A DNA stretch of 64,000 nucleotides, from positions 39,649 to 103,648 of the forward strand of contig CAVYJY010000008.1 of the NCBI GenBank assembly GCA_963768965.1. Direction: 5' to 3'. This DNA is from an uncultured Verrucomicrobiae bacterium. Its GTDB lineage: Bacteria; Verrucomicrobiota; Verrucomicrobiia; Chthoniobacterales; UBA10450. A model generated the notes under the pieces. The model was not told the origin of the DNA. It was given only the letters and a program-made list of their open reading frames with translations, and ran no database searches. A program made the position numbers and the translations under genes. Numbering within the stretch: position 1 is the first letter of the stretch; each line of letters starts with the position of its first letter. Positions 39,799 to 49,824 of this stretch are shown here, in pieces.

Positions 39799-40445
39799 GC
39801 GATGGCATCACCGACAAGGCGCGGATGCCGGGCGAAAAATTGCGGCGCCCAGCGAGCCATCGCCCAGCGATAAAGCGCCTCGAGGAGTGCGAGCAGGATG
39901 GCCGTTTCACCCACCGCCAGGAAAAAAGTCGCCGCCACATCGCTCGGCCAATGCGCCCCGAGATAAACCCGCGACCAGGCGATCGCGATCGCAAAAACAA
40001 AATAAAGCCAGCCTCGGCGCCGGTAAAAAAAGGTCAGGATGAGCGCGACGGTGGCGTTGTTCGTCACGTGCCCGGACGGAAACGAGGGGCCGGAGCGGTT
40101 GCGATCGCTCGCGTCGGAATAACGAATGGTCACCGGCTTGAAGAGGGTGAGAAATTCCGGCCGCGCCTTGGCCTGCACCACCATGCGCACCCGCTCGACC
40201 TGTTTCGGGCGCCGCCGATCGACTGCCTTCTTCAGCGACGAGGTGATGGCGCCGTTGATGAGGAGCGCGAGGCCGATGCAGAAAACGAGCGCCCGTCCCT
40301 TGAAACCGGCGAAGATCAACGCATAGAGCACGAGCAGGGCGATCAGCGGCTTCCAGATATCGATGTTGCTGATCCCGGCCATGAACAAGTCGAGGGCCGG
40401 ACTCGTCCACTGCTCGTTGATAAGATGAAACAAAGCTCGATCCAT
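39795..40445 (-). CDS. PAP2-family phosphatase (undecaprenyl/lipid phosphate phosphatase-like)
   Basis: KKAVDRRRP ... FPSGH ... SRVYLGAHWPSDV is the tripartite PAP2 motif. The ATG at 40445 was chosen. Confidence 0.8.
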   Translation of the reverse strand: MDRALFHLINEQWTSPALDLFMAGISNIDIWKPLIALLVLYALIFAGFKGRALVFCIGLALLINGAITSSLKKAVDRRRPKQVERVRMVVQAKARPEFLTLFKPVTIRYSDASDRNRSGPSFPSGHVTNNATVALILTFFYRRRGWLYFVFAIAIAWSRVYLGAHWPSDVAATFFLAVGETAILLALLEALYRWAMARWAPQFFARHPRLVGDAIA

Positions 40446-40502
40446 GAAACTGCCGCGCGTCGGGCAGTGCGGCACGATAAGAAGCGCACTGGCGCGAAAC
40501 AA

Positions 40503-41177
40503 GTGCTTAACCGCAGCGGCCTCCTCCTTCTCCTGCTCCTTCCCCTAACGACCCTGCGCGCCGCGCCCCAGCCCGCGGCCCGGGAAATTCTCGACCGGGT
40601 GCGCCTGCAGCAATCGCAACAGCAGCTCGATCTCCAGGGCCAGCTCCGTTCCGACGGCACCGTCCTGCCCTTTCGCATCACCCAGACCGGGCCGGTCATC
40701 CGCTACACTTTCGCCAACCCGCCCGAGACCGTACAACTGCGGCTCGAGAACGAGGGCTCCCGGCTCGATCTCGTCTTTCTCAACAGCACGAAAAAGTTTT
40801 CCGCCTCCCGCCTCGACGAAAAAATCGGCGGCACCGCTGTCACCTACGGCGATCTTGCGCTCAAGTTCCTCTACTGGCCCAACGCCGAGGTGCTCACCGC
40901 CGACACCATCCGCAGCCGGATGTGCTGGAAACTTCGCCTGACCGCTCCGAGCAACGACGCGGCTTACAAGACCGTCCTGCTTTGGGTCGACCAGGAGAGC
41001 GGCGCGCTCATGCGGATGGAAGGTTACGACCAGAAAAACCTGCTCGTGAAGCGATTTGAAGTCGTCTCCGCCCAGAAAATCGACGGCCGCTGGTTCCTGA
41101 AACAAATGCGCATCGAGGAAATCGAACCGGGAACCGATAAAGTCCGCCTCCGCAGCTATCTCGAGATCAAAAAGTAG
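40503..41177 (+). CDS. Outer-membrane lipoprotein-sorting (LolA-like) fold protein
   Basis: Signal peptide LLLLLLLPLTTLRAAPQ. C-terminal pattern ..VVSAQKIDGRWFLKQMRIE... The start is uncertain (GTG 40503 proposed); the upstream part of the 450-aa track ORF is antisense to the PAP2 gene. Confidence 0.55.
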   Translation: MLNRSGLLLLLLLPLTTLRAAPQPAAREILDRVRLQQSQQQLDLQGQLRSDGTVLPFRITQTGPVIRYTFANPPETVQLRLENEGSRLDLVFLNSTKKFSASRLDEKIGGTAVTYGDLALKFLYWPNAEVLTADTIRSRMCWKLRLTAPSNDAAYKTVLLWVDQESGALMRMEGYDQKNLLVKRFEVVSAQKIDGRWFLKQMRIEEIEPGTDKVRLRSYLEIKK

Positions 41178-41242
41178 CGTCCATGGCCCGTCTCCCGCGT
41201 CAGATTTGCCCGACTCTGGTTGAGATAACAGAAAATTAACGT

Positions 41243-42985
41243 ATGAATCCCGCGATGTTTTTCGCTCGCTCTCTCTCGGTCGCCATTCTCCTTTTCGCCG
41301 CGTTCTCGCCGGGCCGAATTTTCGCCCAAAACGTGCCGCCGGTCGTCTCCGATTCCATTCCCGACGCCACTTATTTCGCCGGGGGACCGGCCGCCCTCGT
41401 CCCGCTCGAGGGTTATTTTAGCGACCCGGATACGACGGTTGTTCGCCTAACGACGGTGCTGGGCGAGATCGACATCGCGCTTTACGATGAGGAGACGCCG
41501 CTGACCGTGGCCAATTTCAAGAACTACATCGATAGCGGGCGCTATTTCCCGATCGACCCAACCACCCAGACGCCGGCGCCGCTATTTTTCCACCGCTCGG
41601 TCGCCGGATTCGTCATTCAAAGTGGCGGGTTCGCCGGCACGGTGAACCCAGCCGAGCCGGTGAATGTTCAGCCGACCGCGATCGTGACCTTCCCGCCGGT
41701 TCCTAACGAGCCCGGCATTTCCAATACCCGCGGCACGATCGCAATGGCGAAAGTCGAGGGAAATCCCGACAGCGCGACCAGCCAGTGGTTCATTAATCTG
41801 GCCGATAACCTCGATCTCAATACCCAGAACGGCGGGTTCACCGTTTTTGGCCGCGTCATCCGCGACGGCATGACCGTGGCCGATGCCATCGGCGCCCTCC
41901 CCCGCTTCAACTTCGGTTCGCCTTTCGAGTCGCTTCCGCTGCGCAATTTCACCGCGGGCAATTCGGTTAAGCCGGAAAACCTGGTTTCGATCCCCGCGAT
42001 TAATTACCTCCCGGCGCTCACCTTCACCGCGAGCAGCGCGCAGCCCGCGCTGGCGACCGTGAAAGTGAGCGGCACCAACCTTCTCATCACCCCCAAAGCC
42101 CTCGGCGACGCCACCATCACCGTCACCGCGACGGATGTCGACGGCGCGCAGGTTTCGCAATCCTTCGTCGTCAGCATGATCGCCAATCCCGTGCGGGTCG
42201 CGAACATCTCGACCCGCGCCCTCGTCGGCGCTCTCGATGCCGCCCTCATTGGCGGGTTTATCGTCGCGGGCGACACGCCCAAACTGGTCGCGGTGCGGGC
42301 CATCGGTCCATCGCTCGCCGGCGTCGGGATCGGCAACCCCCTCGCCAACCCGTCTCTCGAACTCCACGATGGCACCGGCGCCCTGATCGCTTCCAACGAC
42401 AATTGGCAGGACGCCGCCAACGCACAGGACCTGGTCGACCTCGGCCTGGCCCCGACTGAGCCTAACGAATCCGCCATTCTCACCACCATCCCCGCCAGCA
42501 GCACAGGTCTCGCCTACACCGCCGTCGTGCAGGGCCCGGGCGGCAGCAGTGGGGTCGGCCTGGTGGAAGTTTACGACCTCGACAGCGGCCCGGGCGCGAG
42601 TGTGCTCAACATCTCGACCCGGAGCGACGTCCAGACCGGCGATAACGTCCTTATCGGCGGTCTCATCGTTGCCGGGACCGGTTCGCAGCAGGTCCTCGTG
42701 CGCGCGATCGGACCGTCGCTCGGCAGCTTCGGCGTGGCCGATCCGCTGGCCGACCCGACCCTGACCCTCTTTGACGCCCAGGGCGCGCAGATCGATTTCA
42801 ACGACAACTGGCAGGATAACCCCGACCAGGCTGAGATCGCAGCGAGCATGCTCGCGCCTAACGATGCCGCCGAATCGGCCGTCCTGCCGACGCTGGCCCC
42901 GGGCGGCTACACCGCGATTGTGCGCGGCGCGGGCGATATCACCGGCACGGGGCTGGTGGAAGTTTACGTCCTGGGTTCCGAATAG
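41243..42985 (+). CDS. Secreted cyclophilin-type PPIase + Ig-like domain + tandem C-terminal NISTR/NDNW/LVEVY modules
   Basis: Signal peptide. Cyclophilin motifs FHRSVAGFVIQSGGF, GTIAMAK, SQWFINL, FTVFGRVI. A Big-like segment (ATVKVSGTNLLITPKALGDATITVTATD). Two roughly 125-aa modules at about 42197-42585 and 42602-42976. Confidence 0.8.
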   Translation: MNPAMFFARSLSVAILLFAAFSPGRIFAQNVPPVVSDSIPDATYFAGGPAALVPLEGYFSDPDTTVVRLTTVLGEIDIALYDEETPLTVANFKNYIDSGRYFPIDPTTQTPAPLFFHRSVAGFVIQSGGFAGTVNPAEPVNVQPTAIVTFPPVPNEPGISNTRGTIAMAKVEGNPDSATSQWFINLADNLDLNTQNGGFTVFGRVIRDGMTVADAIGALPRFNFGSPFESLPLRNFTAGNSVKPENLVSIPAINYLPALTFTASSAQPALATVKVSGTNLLITPKALGDATITVTATDVDGAQVSQSFVVSMIANPVRVANISTRALVGALDAALIGGFIVAGDTPKLVAVRAIGPSLAGVGIGNPLANPSLELHDGTGALIASNDNWQDAANAQDLVDLGLAPTEPNESAILTTIPASSTGLAYTAVVQGPGGSSGVGLVEVYDLDSGPGASVLNISTRSDVQTGDNVLIGGLIVAGTGSQQVLVRAIGPSLGSFGVADPLADPTLTLFDAQGAQIDFNDNWQDNPDQAEIAASMLAPNDAAESAVLPTLAPGGYTAIVRGAGDITGTGLVEVYVLGSE

Positions 42986-43036
42986 CATCGCCAATCAGGC
43001 CGCCTGCCGGGCCGTATCGGCCTGACCCACTTTTCG

Positions 43037-44488
43037 TTAGGCCGGAAGGGCCGGGATTCGTTGCCCAAAAATGTCGCGCAACGCCGTCCGCGCGGCGTGA
43101 TAACCACACATCCCGTGCACTCCGCCGCCGGGCGGCGTAGAGGACGAGCAGAGGTAAAATCCGCGCCGCGGCGTGCGGTAAGGCGCCGGACTAACGACCG
43201 GCCGCGCAAGCAATTGCCAGAGATCGGCCGCGCCGCCATTGATATCGCCGCCGACGAGGTTTGCATTCGAGCGCTCGAGCGCGCTCGCGGTCGAGCGGTG
43301 GCGCGCGAGCACGCCGTCGCGGAAGCCCGGCGCAAAGCGCTCGAGCTGGCGCTCGATCGCCTCCGTCATGTTGCGCTCGGAACCGTAGGGCACGTGGCAG
43401 TAAGCCCAGAGCGTTTCCTGATTCCCTGGCGCGCGCGTTCGGTCGAAGAGACTTTGCTGCGCGACGAGGACAAACGGCTTCTCCGCATGCCGGCCGCACG
43501 CGACCTCGCGCTCGCTCGCCGCAATTTCTTCCAGCGTGCCGCCGAGATGGAGCGTCCCGGCCGCGCGGCATTCCTCCGCCAGCCACGGTACCGGGCCGGA
43601 AAGCGCGTAATCAATTTTGAAAACACCCGGCGCGTGCCGGAAATCTTCCAGCCGGCGGCGATAGCGATCCGGCAACTGCTCCGCCGCCAGCCGCGCAAAT
43701 TGCCAGCAGGTGATGTCGAACAAAACCGCGCGTGCCGCGGGCAACTGCGCGAGATTTTCGATCCGGCGACCGGTTTCGATCTCGCCGCCCAACCCGCGCA
43801 AATGCGCCGCCAGTGCGTCGCTGATCGACTGCGCGCCGCCGCGCGGCAGGGGCCAGCCGACGGCGTGACCGGCCGCGCCCAGAACCAGCCCGAAGGCGGC
43901 GGAAGCGATCGCCTCCAGCGGGAGAAAAGAATGCGCCGCAATCCCGGCAAAAAGCGCGCGCGCCGGCGCTTCCCGGAAGCAGAACTTCGCCAGGGCGCCC
44001 GCCGGGGCGAGCGCGGGCAGCCCGAAACGCGCCAGTGCCAGCGGATGCTTTGGAAGATGGAGCATCGGCTGCAAAAATTCCGCGCTCAGTTTTTCCCAAT
44101 CGCGCACCAAGGGCTGCATCAGCCGGCGCCAGGCGGCCCCGTCTTTGCCTAACGACTCGTTGATTTCCTGCAAATCCTGCCGCAGGCAGGCCGCGCTGCC
44201 GCCATCGAGCGGATGCGCCAGCGCAATCGGCGGCTGAATCCATTCCAGGCCATGCCGCTGCAACGGCAGGGTCCGGAAAAAGGGCGAGCCAAAGGCCAGC
44301 GGATGAATCGCCGAACCGAGATCGTGGACAAACCCGGGCCGGGTCAGCTCGGCCGAACGCGCGGCCCCGCCGATGCTGGAATTGGCCTCGAGCACGAGGA
44401 CCGAGCAGCCGGCCTGCGCCAGAGTGATCGCGGCCGCCAGGCCATTCGGCCCGGACCCCACCACCACGGCATCGTATTCGGTCTTCAT
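43037..44488 (-). CDS. NAD(P)/FAD-dependent oxidoreductase (phytoene-desaturase/CrtI-like family)
   Basis: [35 protein letters not shown] Rossmann motif. The stop TAA lies inside a GCCTAACGA word. Confidence 0.75.
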   Translation of the reverse strand: MKTEYDAVVVGSGPNGLAAAITLAQAGCSVLVLEANSSIGGAARSAELTRPGFVHDLGSAIHPLAFGSPFFRTLPLQRHGLEWIQPPIALAHPLDGGSAACLRQDLQEINESLGKDGAAWRRLMQPLVRDWEKLSAEFLQPMLHLPKHPLALARFGLPALAPAGALAKFCFREAPARALFAGIAAHSFLPLEAIASAAFGLVLGAAGHAVGWPLPRGGAQSISDALAAHLRGLGGEIETGRRIENLAQLPAARAVLFDITCWQFARLAAEQLPDRYRRRLEDFRHAPGVFKIDYALSGPVPWLAEECRAAGTLHLGGTLEEIAASEREVACGRHAEKPFVLVAQQSLFDRTRAPGNQETLWAYCHVPYGSERNMTEAIERQLERFAPGFRDGVLARHRSTASALERSNANLVGGDINGGAADLWQLLARPVVSPAPYRTPRRGFYLCSSSTPPGGGVHGMCGYHAARTALRDIFGQRIPALPA

Positions 44489-44594
44489 TATTCTTGCGCG
44501 GCGCGCCGGCCACTTCTTTTTCCTCGGAAGCGGCAGGATTGGCAACGAAGCTTTCGCGGATGTGCAACGGCACAAACCTCGTTAGACTGCTTTG

Positions 44595-45698
44595 ATGGAC
44601 TCCATTTGGGACCTGGCTAATCCGCATTTGCGCGATCTCGCAATCTACGAGCCGGGCAAGCCGATCGAGGAAACCGCCCGCGAATCCGGCTTGCGCCCCG
44701 ATCAAATCATCAAGCTGGCCTCGAACGAAAACCCGCTCGGTCCATCGCCGGCGGTCCAGGCTGCAATGCGTGCCGCGCTTGCCGGCGCCAATCTTTACCC
44801 CGATGGCGGCGGTTTTTATCTGCGTGCCGCGCTTTCCAAGAAACTTCAGCTCGAACCGGGCAACCTCGTCCTCGGCAACGGCTCGAACGAAATCATCGAG
44901 TTCATCGGCCACGCCTTTCTCGGACCGAAGGTCGAGATCGTGACTTCCGAAAATGCCTTTATCGCCTACCGGCTGGTCGCCTCGCTCTTTGGCGCGAAGA
45001 CAGTGACCGTGCCGGACCGCGAATACTGCTTCGATCTCGAGGCGATGGCGGCCGCGATCACGCCTCAGACCCGCGTCGTCTTCATCGCCAATCCGAACAA
45101 CCCCACCGGCACACTCGTTAGGCAAGAGGGAATCGATCGCTTCATGGAGCGCGTCCCGGATCACGTCGTGGTCGTTTTCGACGAGGCTTACCACGAATAC
45201 CTCGACGCGCCGCCGGACACCCTTCAGTTCGTTAGGGAAGGTCGCAACGTGATCATTCTGCGCACCTTTTCCAAGATCCACGCTCTCGCCAGCATCCGTT
45301 TGGGCTACGGCATCGCGCGTCCGGAGTTGATTCGAGTCGTGCAAAAAACCCGCGAACCTTTCAACACCAGCGGGGTCGCCCAGGCCGCCGCCGTCGCCGC
45401 TCTCGCGGACGAAGCGCATCAGGCGGAATCGAAACGCCTGACCGACGAGGGCCGGCGTTTCCTGGAGACGGAATTTGCCGCACTCGGGCTGCCCTTCGTT
45501 CCAAGCGTGGCCAATTTTGTCCTGGTCAAGGTCGGCGACGGCAAGGCGCTGTTTAAAGATCTCCTGCGCCACGGCGTCATCGTGCGCGCCCTGAGCGGCT
45601 ACAGCCTGCCGGAATGGGTGCGGATATCCGTCGGGACGATGGAGCAGAATCGCCAGTGCATCGCCGCGCTCCGCGAGACGATGAGCCGTCATGCCTGA
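44595..45698 (+). CDS. hisC: Histidinol-phosphate aminotransferase
   Basis: LASNENPLGPSP, NPNNPTG, RTFSKIHALASIRLGY (PLP lysine). Confidence 0.9.
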   Translation: MDSIWDLANPHLRDLAIYEPGKPIEETARESGLRPDQIIKLASNENPLGPSPAVQAAMRAALAGANLYPDGGGFYLRAALSKKLQLEPGNLVLGNGSNEIIEFIGHAFLGPKVEIVTSENAFIAYRLVASLFGAKTVTVPDREYCFDLEAMAAAITPQTRVVFIANPNNPTGTLVRQEGIDRFMERVPDHVVVVFDEAYHEYLDAPPDTLQFVREGRNVIILRTFSKIHALASIRLGYGIARPELIRVVQKTREPFNTSGVAQAAAVAALADEAHQAESKRLTDEGRRFLETEFAALGLPFVPSVANFVLVKVGDGKALFKDLLRHGVIVRALSGYSLPEWVRISVGTMEQNRQCIAALRETMSRHA

Positions 45699-47040
45699 CG
45701 AAAACACGGCGACGATCGCCGCCGTCTCGACCCCGCCCGGCGAGGGCGCGATCGCGCTCGTCCGGCTTTCCGGCCCGGAAGCGATCGCGGTCGCAGATCA
45801 AATCTTTCGCGGCCCGCAACCGCCGTCCGACGCCGCGCCGCACTTCCAGCAGTTTGGCGAGATCGTGGAGGAAGAAAGGGTGATCGACCAGGTGCTGCTC
45901 ACGGTTCATCGCGGGCCGGCCAGTTACACCGGTGAAGACGTGGTCGAGATCAGCTGTCACGGCGGCGTGCTGGTGACGGCGCGGGTCTGGGAAGCCTGTC
46001 TCCAGGCCGGGGCGCGCGCGGCTCGTCCCGGCGAGTTTACCGAGCGCGCCTTCCTCAACGGCAAGATGGATCTGACCCAGGCCGAAGCCGTGATCGATCT
46101 CATTCGCGCCCAGACCGATCTCGCGCTCCGCTCGGCCGCGGAACAACTCGAAGGCCGGCTGGGTGAAAAGATCACGAAGTTGCGCGAAGACCTCATCGGA
46201 CTGATCGCGAATCTCGAGGCCTACATCGACTTCCCCGATGAAGACATCGAACCGGATGTAGGCGCGGTCTTCCTCGCGCGCCTGGATGCCATCCGGCTCG
46301 CGATCGACACCCTTCTCGCGACCGCGGACCAGGGCCGCATCTTCCGCGAAGGAGTGCGCGTCGTGATTTACGGCGCGACCAATGCCGGAAAATCGAGCCT
46401 GCTCAACCGCCTCCTTGGTTTCCCGCGCGCGATCGTGAGCGAAACGCCGGGCACGACCCGCGATACGATCGAGGAAGTGGTCAACTTGCGCGGAATCGCG
46501 CTGCGCCTGACCGATACCGCCGGCCTTCGCGCCACCGAGACGGACGCGATCGAGAACGAAGGCATCGCGCGCACCGAGCGCTCGCTCGCCAACGCCGATC
46601 TTGTTCTGCATGTGGTCGACGCGAGCGCGCCGCGCCCGGCGCATTTCGGTGTGCGCGCGGGAGGTGTGCCTGAGCTTTTGCTTTTGAACAAAAGCGATCT
46701 GCCGGAACACAGCGACTGGGCGGGCTGCGAGGCGCTGCGCATTTCCTGCACGAGTGAGGACGGGCTCGCGGGCTTGGAGGATGCGATCCTCAGCAAAGTC
46801 AGCGCCCAACGCTGGGACGTGCTGAGCGCGGTCGCGATCAACGCGCGTCATCGCGATTGCCTGCGGCGCGCGCTCGCTGCCTGCGATGTAGCGCGGGACG
46901 CATTTACGCAAAATCTGGCGCCGGAATTGGTCGCGGTCGATCTGCGTGGCGCCTTGCAGGCGGTCGGCGAGGTCATCGGACACGCCGACATGGAGAAAAT
47001 CCTCGACGCGCTTTTCGCCACGTTTTGCATCGGAAAATGA
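45691..47040 (+). CDS. mnmE: tRNA modification GTPase MnmE (TrmE)
   Basis: G-domain GATNAGKSSLLN / DTAGLR / NKSD and C-terminal CIGK. Overlaps the hisC stop. Confidence 0.95.
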   Translation: MPDENTATIAAVSTPPGEGAIALVRLSGPEAIAVADQIFRGPQPPSDAAPHFQQFGEIVEEERVIDQVLLTVHRGPASYTGEDVVEISCHGGVLVTARVWEACLQAGARAARPGEFTERAFLNGKMDLTQAEAVIDLIRAQTDLALRSAAEQLEGRLGEKITKLREDLIGLIANLEAYIDFPDEDIEPDVGAVFLARLDAIRLAIDTLLATADQGRIFREGVRVVIYGATNAGKSSLLNRLLGFPRAIVSETPGTTRDTIEEVVNLRGIALRLTDTAGLRATETDAIENEGIARTERSLANADLVLHVVDASAPRPAHFGVRAGGVPELLLLNKSDLPEHSDWAGCEALRISCTSEDGLAGLEDAILSKVSAQRWDVLSAVAINARHRDCLRRALAACDVARDAFTQNLAPELVAVDLRGALQAVGEVIGHADMEKILDALFATFCIGK

Positions 47041-48065
47041 ACGGCCTAACGAGTGACTGGTATGAACAAATCGTTCGGCCGCTCCTCTTCCGGATGGATC
47101 CCGAGACGGCGCATCACCTGGCCATGCGCCTTCTCCGCAGCGCTCCGCAGATCCCGGGCGGGCTGGCCTTTTTGCGTTCCTTCGCCCCGCCGCCGCAGCC
47201 GCGCACTCTTTTCGGTTTGCAGTTCCGGAATCCGTTAGGCCTCGCCGCCGGCTTCGATAAAAACGGCCTCGCCATCCCGGCCTGGGAAGCGCTCGGGTTC
47301 GGTTTCGTCGAGATCGGGACGGTGACCGCCAAACCGCAACCCGGAAATCCGCGGCCGCGCATTTTTCGCTACCCGAAAGAGGAAGCGCTGGTAAACCGGC
47401 TCGGGTTCAATAACGAAGGCGCGAACGTGATCGGCGAACGGCTGCGGCGATTGCGCGCGAGCTCTGCGGCGCCGGCGATTCCGATCGGCGTTAACCTCGG
47501 GAAGTCGAAAGTCACGCCGCTGGAGGAGGCGCCGGCGGATTATCTCTACAGCTTTCGCCGGCTCGCGCCCGTGGCCGATTACATCGCGCTGAACGTCAGC
47601 TCGCCCAATACCCCGGGCTTGCGCAGTTTGCAGGAGCGCGATGCCCTGGCCGCCTTGTTCCGCGTCGTGACCGAGGAAAACGCGCGCCTCCCCTCGCCGA
47701 AACCGCTCCTGCTCAAGATCGCGCCGGACCTTTCCGACGATGCCCTCGGAGAAATCGTCGGCGTCTGTGAAGAATTTGGGTTGGCCGGCCTGATCGCGAC
47801 GAACACCACGCTCGACCATGGCGCACTCCGCGCCACCGAGGAAGCGGGCGGGTTGAGCGGAGGCCCGTTGCGCGCGCGTGCGACCGAAGTCATCCGGCTC
47901 CTGCGCAGCCGGACGCGCCTGCCGCTAATCGGAGTCGGCGGAATCTGCGACGCGGCTTCCGCGCGGGAGAAGCTGGAGGCAGGCGCGGAGCTGCTCCAGA
48001 TCTATACCGGTTATATTTATCGCGGGCCCGGCCTGCTCCGCGAACTGGGTGCTTCCCTCTCGTAA
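47037..48065 (+). CDS. pyrD: Dihydroorotate dehydrogenase (quinone), class 2
   Basis: MNGLTSDWYEQIVRPLLF N-terminus, GFVEIGTVT..PQPGNPRPR, LGFNNEG, NVSSPNTPGLR. ATGA overlap with mnmE. Confidence 0.9.
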   Translation: MNGLTSDWYEQIVRPLLFRMDPETAHHLAMRLLRSAPQIPGGLAFLRSFAPPPQPRTLFGLQFRNPLGLAAGFDKNGLAIPAWEALGFGFVEIGTVTAKPQPGNPRPRIFRYPKEEALVNRLGFNNEGANVIGERLRRLRASSAAPAIPIGVNLGKSKVTPLEEAPADYLYSFRRLAPVADYIALNVSSPNTPGLRSLQERDALAALFRVVTEENARLPSPKPLLLKIAPDLSDDALGEIVGVCEEFGLAGLIATNTTLDHGALRATEEAGGLSGGPLRARATEVIRLLRSRTRLPLIGVGGICDAASAREKLEAGAELLQIYTGYIYRGPGLLRELGASLS

Positions 48066-48214
48066 TTCGTTAGGCAACCCGGGCGGTCGGAAGCTTTCTC
48101 CGGCACGATTGGCGGGCGCGCCCGAGGAGTTCTTCGGGCGCAGTTTGAGGACAGACTTTGCCTCGGGAGCGGCACGTTCATTGCTATAATTACCATAGTT
48201 TCTAGAACTATTAT

Positions 48215-49768
48215 ATGCGCTCCCTTTTGTCCAAGATCTTTGCTGGCGTCGCTTTTCCTCTCCTCACCGCGAGCGCTTTTGCCGATAACCTCACCCTCGC
48301 CTGGAATCCGGGCGAAGGAGGAACTCCCCAAGGCTACATTCTTTACTGGGGCGTCACCTCCGGGGGCCCTTACAACCGGATGGACGACACGCATCATCAG
48401 ACCACCGTCACCCTGAGCAACCTCACGAACGGCGTCCGCTATTACTTCGTCGCCACAGCCTACAACATCGACGGCGTCCAGAGCGGATACTCGGAAGAAA
48501 TCTCCGCCGTCCCCGGTGCGACGCCCACGCCAACTCCGACTCCGACTCCGACGCCCACGCCAACGCCAACCGCGACCCCAACTCCAACTGCGACCCCAAC
48601 TCCAACTGCGACGCCAACTCCCACTCCGACCGCGACGCCTACGCCAACCCCGAGCGCGACTCCGACTCCAACGCCTACGCCAACTCCGACGGCAACGCCT
48701 ACGCCCACTCCGACCGCAACGCCCACTCCCACAGCGACGCCAACGCCGACAGCAACCCCAACACCAACTGCCACCCCCACGGCAACGCCAACGCCAACTG
48801 CAACCCCAACTCCAACGGCAACCCCGACACCAACCGCGACTCCGACGCCGACTCCGACGCCGAGCCCGACACCGACGGCAACGCCCACACCTTCCGCCAC
48901 GCCAACCCCGAGCCCGAGCCCGACTCCGACTCCATCTTCGACCCCCACGCCAACTCCGAGCCCGACCCCTTCACCGACTGCGACGCCACCTCTGCCGCCT
49001 CAGTACCTGCTTAACATCTCCACCCGCGTGAAAGTGCGCGGCGGTGACAACGTCATGATCGGCGGATTCATCATCGACGGTGCCGCCAATAAGGATGTCG
49101 TCTTCCGCGCCCTCGCCCCGTCGCTCGCCGACCTCGGCGTCAAAAAGGTCCTGAGCGATCCAAGCCTGGAGGTTTACAATTCGGCCGGCGCACTCGTTCA
49201 CCAAAACGACAACTGGACCACCCTGCCGGCCGGCACCGTCCCCGCCGGACTTGAGCCGAAATACCCGGCCGAGGCGGTCATCGTGGCCAGCCTTGCGCCC
49301 GGCAGCTACACCGCCGTCCTCCGCAGCGTGAATGGCGTCGAGGGAAATGCCCTTTGCGAGCTTTACGACCTGCTTCCAGGCAATTCCAGCGTGCGCAATA
49401 TCTCGACCCGCGGTCAGGCGGGCGCCGGTGACGACGTCATGATCGGAGGCTTCATCGTGGCTGGCACCCAGCCTTCAAAAGTCATGATCCGGGCCATCGG
49501 TCCCTCCCTTACCGCGTTCGGTCTCACGGGAGTGCTGCCCGATCCGGTTCTCGAACTCCGCGACCAGGAAGGGTCGCTCATCTATCAGAACGACAACTGG
49601 CAGGGTGAGCAGGCTCAGCAGATCGTCGACTCCGGCCTCAAACCTATCAACGCCAAGGAATCGGCCATCTTGGCCACGCTTACCCCCGGTGCCTACACCG
49701 CAATCGTGCACGACGCCGGCTCTGGCCAGGGCGTCGCTTTGGTGGAAGTCTACGCGCTCGATCCGTGA
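48215..49768 (+). CDS. Secreted FN3-like domain + roughly 160-aa (Thr-Pro)n linker + tandem NISTR/NDNW/LVEVY modules
   Basis: Signal peptide. FN3-like [15 protein letters not shown]...YYFVATAYN. Modules at about 49008-49380 and 49391-49765. The C-terminal roughly 260 aa are nearly identical to those of the next gene. Confidence 0.8.
   Translation: MRSLLSKIFAGVAFPLLTASAFADNLTLAWNPGEGGTPQGYILYWGVTSGGPYNRMDDTHHQTTVTLSNLTNGVRYYFVATAYNIDGVQSGYSEEISAVPGATPTPTPTPTPTPTPTPTATPTPTATPTPTATPTPTPTATPTPTPSATPTPTPTPTPTATPTPTPTATPTPTATPTPTATPTPTATPTATPTPTATPTPTATPTPTATPTPTPTPSPTPTATPTPSATPTPSPSPTPTPSSTPTPTPSPTPSPTATPPLPPQYLLNISTRVKVRGGDNVMIGGFIIDGAANKDVVFRALAPSLADLGVKKVLSDPSLEVYNSAGALVHQNDNWTTLPAGTVPAGLEPKYPAEAVIVASLAPGSYTAVLRSVNGVEGNALCELYDLLPGNSSVRNISTRGQAGAGDDVMIGGFIVAGTQPSKVMIRAIGPSLTAFGLTGVLPDPVLELRDQEGSLIYQNDNWQGEQAQQIVDSGLKPINAKESAILATLTPGAYTAIVHDAGSGQGVALVEVYALDP
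48518..48998 (+). repeat. Low-complexity (ACN-CCN)n coding repeat for the Thr/Pro/Ala/Ser linker
   Basis: Roughly 160 codons of [12 protein letters not shown]. Open in all six frames, which explains several spurious track ORFs. Confidence 0.9.
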
Positions 49769-49824
49769 TCCGGTCTGTTTCGAATAATCGCGACCGGCAC
49801 ACCACAATTTTTAGCTATTTCGTA

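Noticed and set aside
39825-40502. N-terminal 225 codons of the 450-aa plus-strand ORF
   Set aside because: They are antisense to the PAP2 gene, which carries the full tripartite phosphatase motif. Only the part from about 40503, with its signal peptide, looks like a real gene.
43611-45707. 698-aa minus-strand ORF
   Set aside because: It is antisense to hisC and out of frame across the oxidoreductase gene. Its composition is Arg/Gly/Ala-rich, and both real genes carry diagnostic motifs.
45577-46983. 468-aa minus-strand ORF
   Set aside because: It is antisense to mnmE, whose G-domain motifs and CIGK C-terminus are present on the plus strand.
48460-49031. Several 96-171-aa ORFs on both strands (48460-48948, 48516-49031, 48699-48989)
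   Set aside because: All lie in the (ACN-CCN)n linker-coding microsatellite, which is open in all six frames. Only the frame continuous with the FN3 head and the C-terminal modules is credible.
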